Notes under the pieces: generated by a model
What the model saw: only the letters and a program-made list of their open reading frames with translations
The model's database searches: none
Told to the model about the DNA's origin: nothing
Part shown: positions 63,063 to 64,000 of the stretch, piece after piece
How the letters are laid out: each line of letters opens with the position of its first letter
Position numbering within the stretch: the stretch's first letter is position 1
Program-made: the position numbers and the translations under genes
DNA from: Lama guanicoe
Taxonomy: Eukaryota
DNA: 64,000 bases
Assembly: GCA_013239625.1 (NCBI GenBank)
Contig: MU054400.1
Coordinates: 2,454,282 to 2,518,281, forward strand
Direction: 5' to 3'

Positions 63063-64000
63063 GCCAAGAACAACCCATGAGTCTGTTTTGGATGAGTGTA
63101 AGCTGGTCGTAGTTGAGCATGTTGGCTCTGAGCTCTATACAGCTCTCAGCCTAGGGTTTGCCTCTTACTAGCACTAACTAGCTGGAACCTCAGGCGTGTT
63201 ACTTGTGAGTAACCTCTCGAAGCATCTCTTGTTACTTGAAAAGTGAGGTTCATAGTTGCGCCTGTCTTTTAGTGGGCTCACTGTGGGGGTTTGATGGGGG
63301 ACTGGCACTGTGTAGGGAGAACACATACACTCACGATTCCGGGGCAAATGTGCCAGTAGCTGCCTCCAAAGGCAGCCCAGGGGAAACATGCTCTGTCCCT
63401 TTTCATGGATGAGAAAACAAGACATGGGACTGGTGGGTGGTTTTGCATGGTGAGTAAATAAGGTTGCTACTGGAAAAAGACTGTTGTGATCCTTGGAAAA
63501 GAGAACACTCAGATACGCTTTCTTCACCATTTCACAACCATCACGGCAAGAATCATGAATGGAGGCTAAAACTGGTGGCTGGCAGAATTTGATGAGAAAG
63601 ACATTTACGTAGCCAATCGGTATCTCCCGATATTAATCGAAGAAAAAGGATAATAGAAACTTTGCAATGGGGAAACCTGGAAGACACCACCTTACCCAAA
63701 CTGTCGCCAGGAACGGGGAAAAGTGACATTCAGTGCCTCCTGATAAAATGCACTGAGGAGGACACAACACCACTTTGGTGGTGTTCCTGCTCCAAATGCA
63801 CAAACACATGGCCTGGCCACTTACCACCCCAGAAGCTCTAACTTATATTTTTTAAGTCTCTGAAGCTATATATTATCCCATGTATTTCCCCCCAAGTGGT
63901 GAAACACAGATTCCATACAAATTGTATTGTTTATATTCATGGTTGGGATGGCAGGGTTGGGATGGATTTATTAAAAACAACAACAAAAACAACAACAATT

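Overview
Mammalian genomic DNA, probably a camelid (camel/alpaca), judged from four tRNA-Ala-derived SINE copies resembling the camelid family; this is a recall-based inference. The window holds one complete protein-coding gene on the minus strand: SLC28A3 (concentrative Na+/H+-nucleoside cotransporter CNT3). I assembled 18 coding exons by hand, from ATG at 58965 to TGA at 13031. All introns are GT-AG, the phases are consistent, and the CDS is 2094 nt (697 aa) with no frameshift or premature stop. A likely polyA signal at 10391-10396 gives a 3' UTR of about 2.65 kb. The rest is intronic or intergenic sequence with ordinary interspersed repeats (L1, MIR, L2, MaLR and ERV1 solo LTRs, hAT and Tigger DNA transposons) and microsatellites. 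I found no convincing novel multi-gene system. The best leads are gene-level: shifting start-codon use at the N-terminus, a candidate microsatellite-driven poison exon in intron 2, an internally deleted L1, two retroelements inserted at one target site, an antisense solo LTR near the first coding exon, and strong CTCF and ETS-IRF motifs. Repeat family names and orthologue comparisons are from memory and need RepeatMasker or alignment confirmation; repeat boundaries without a stated TSD are approximate.
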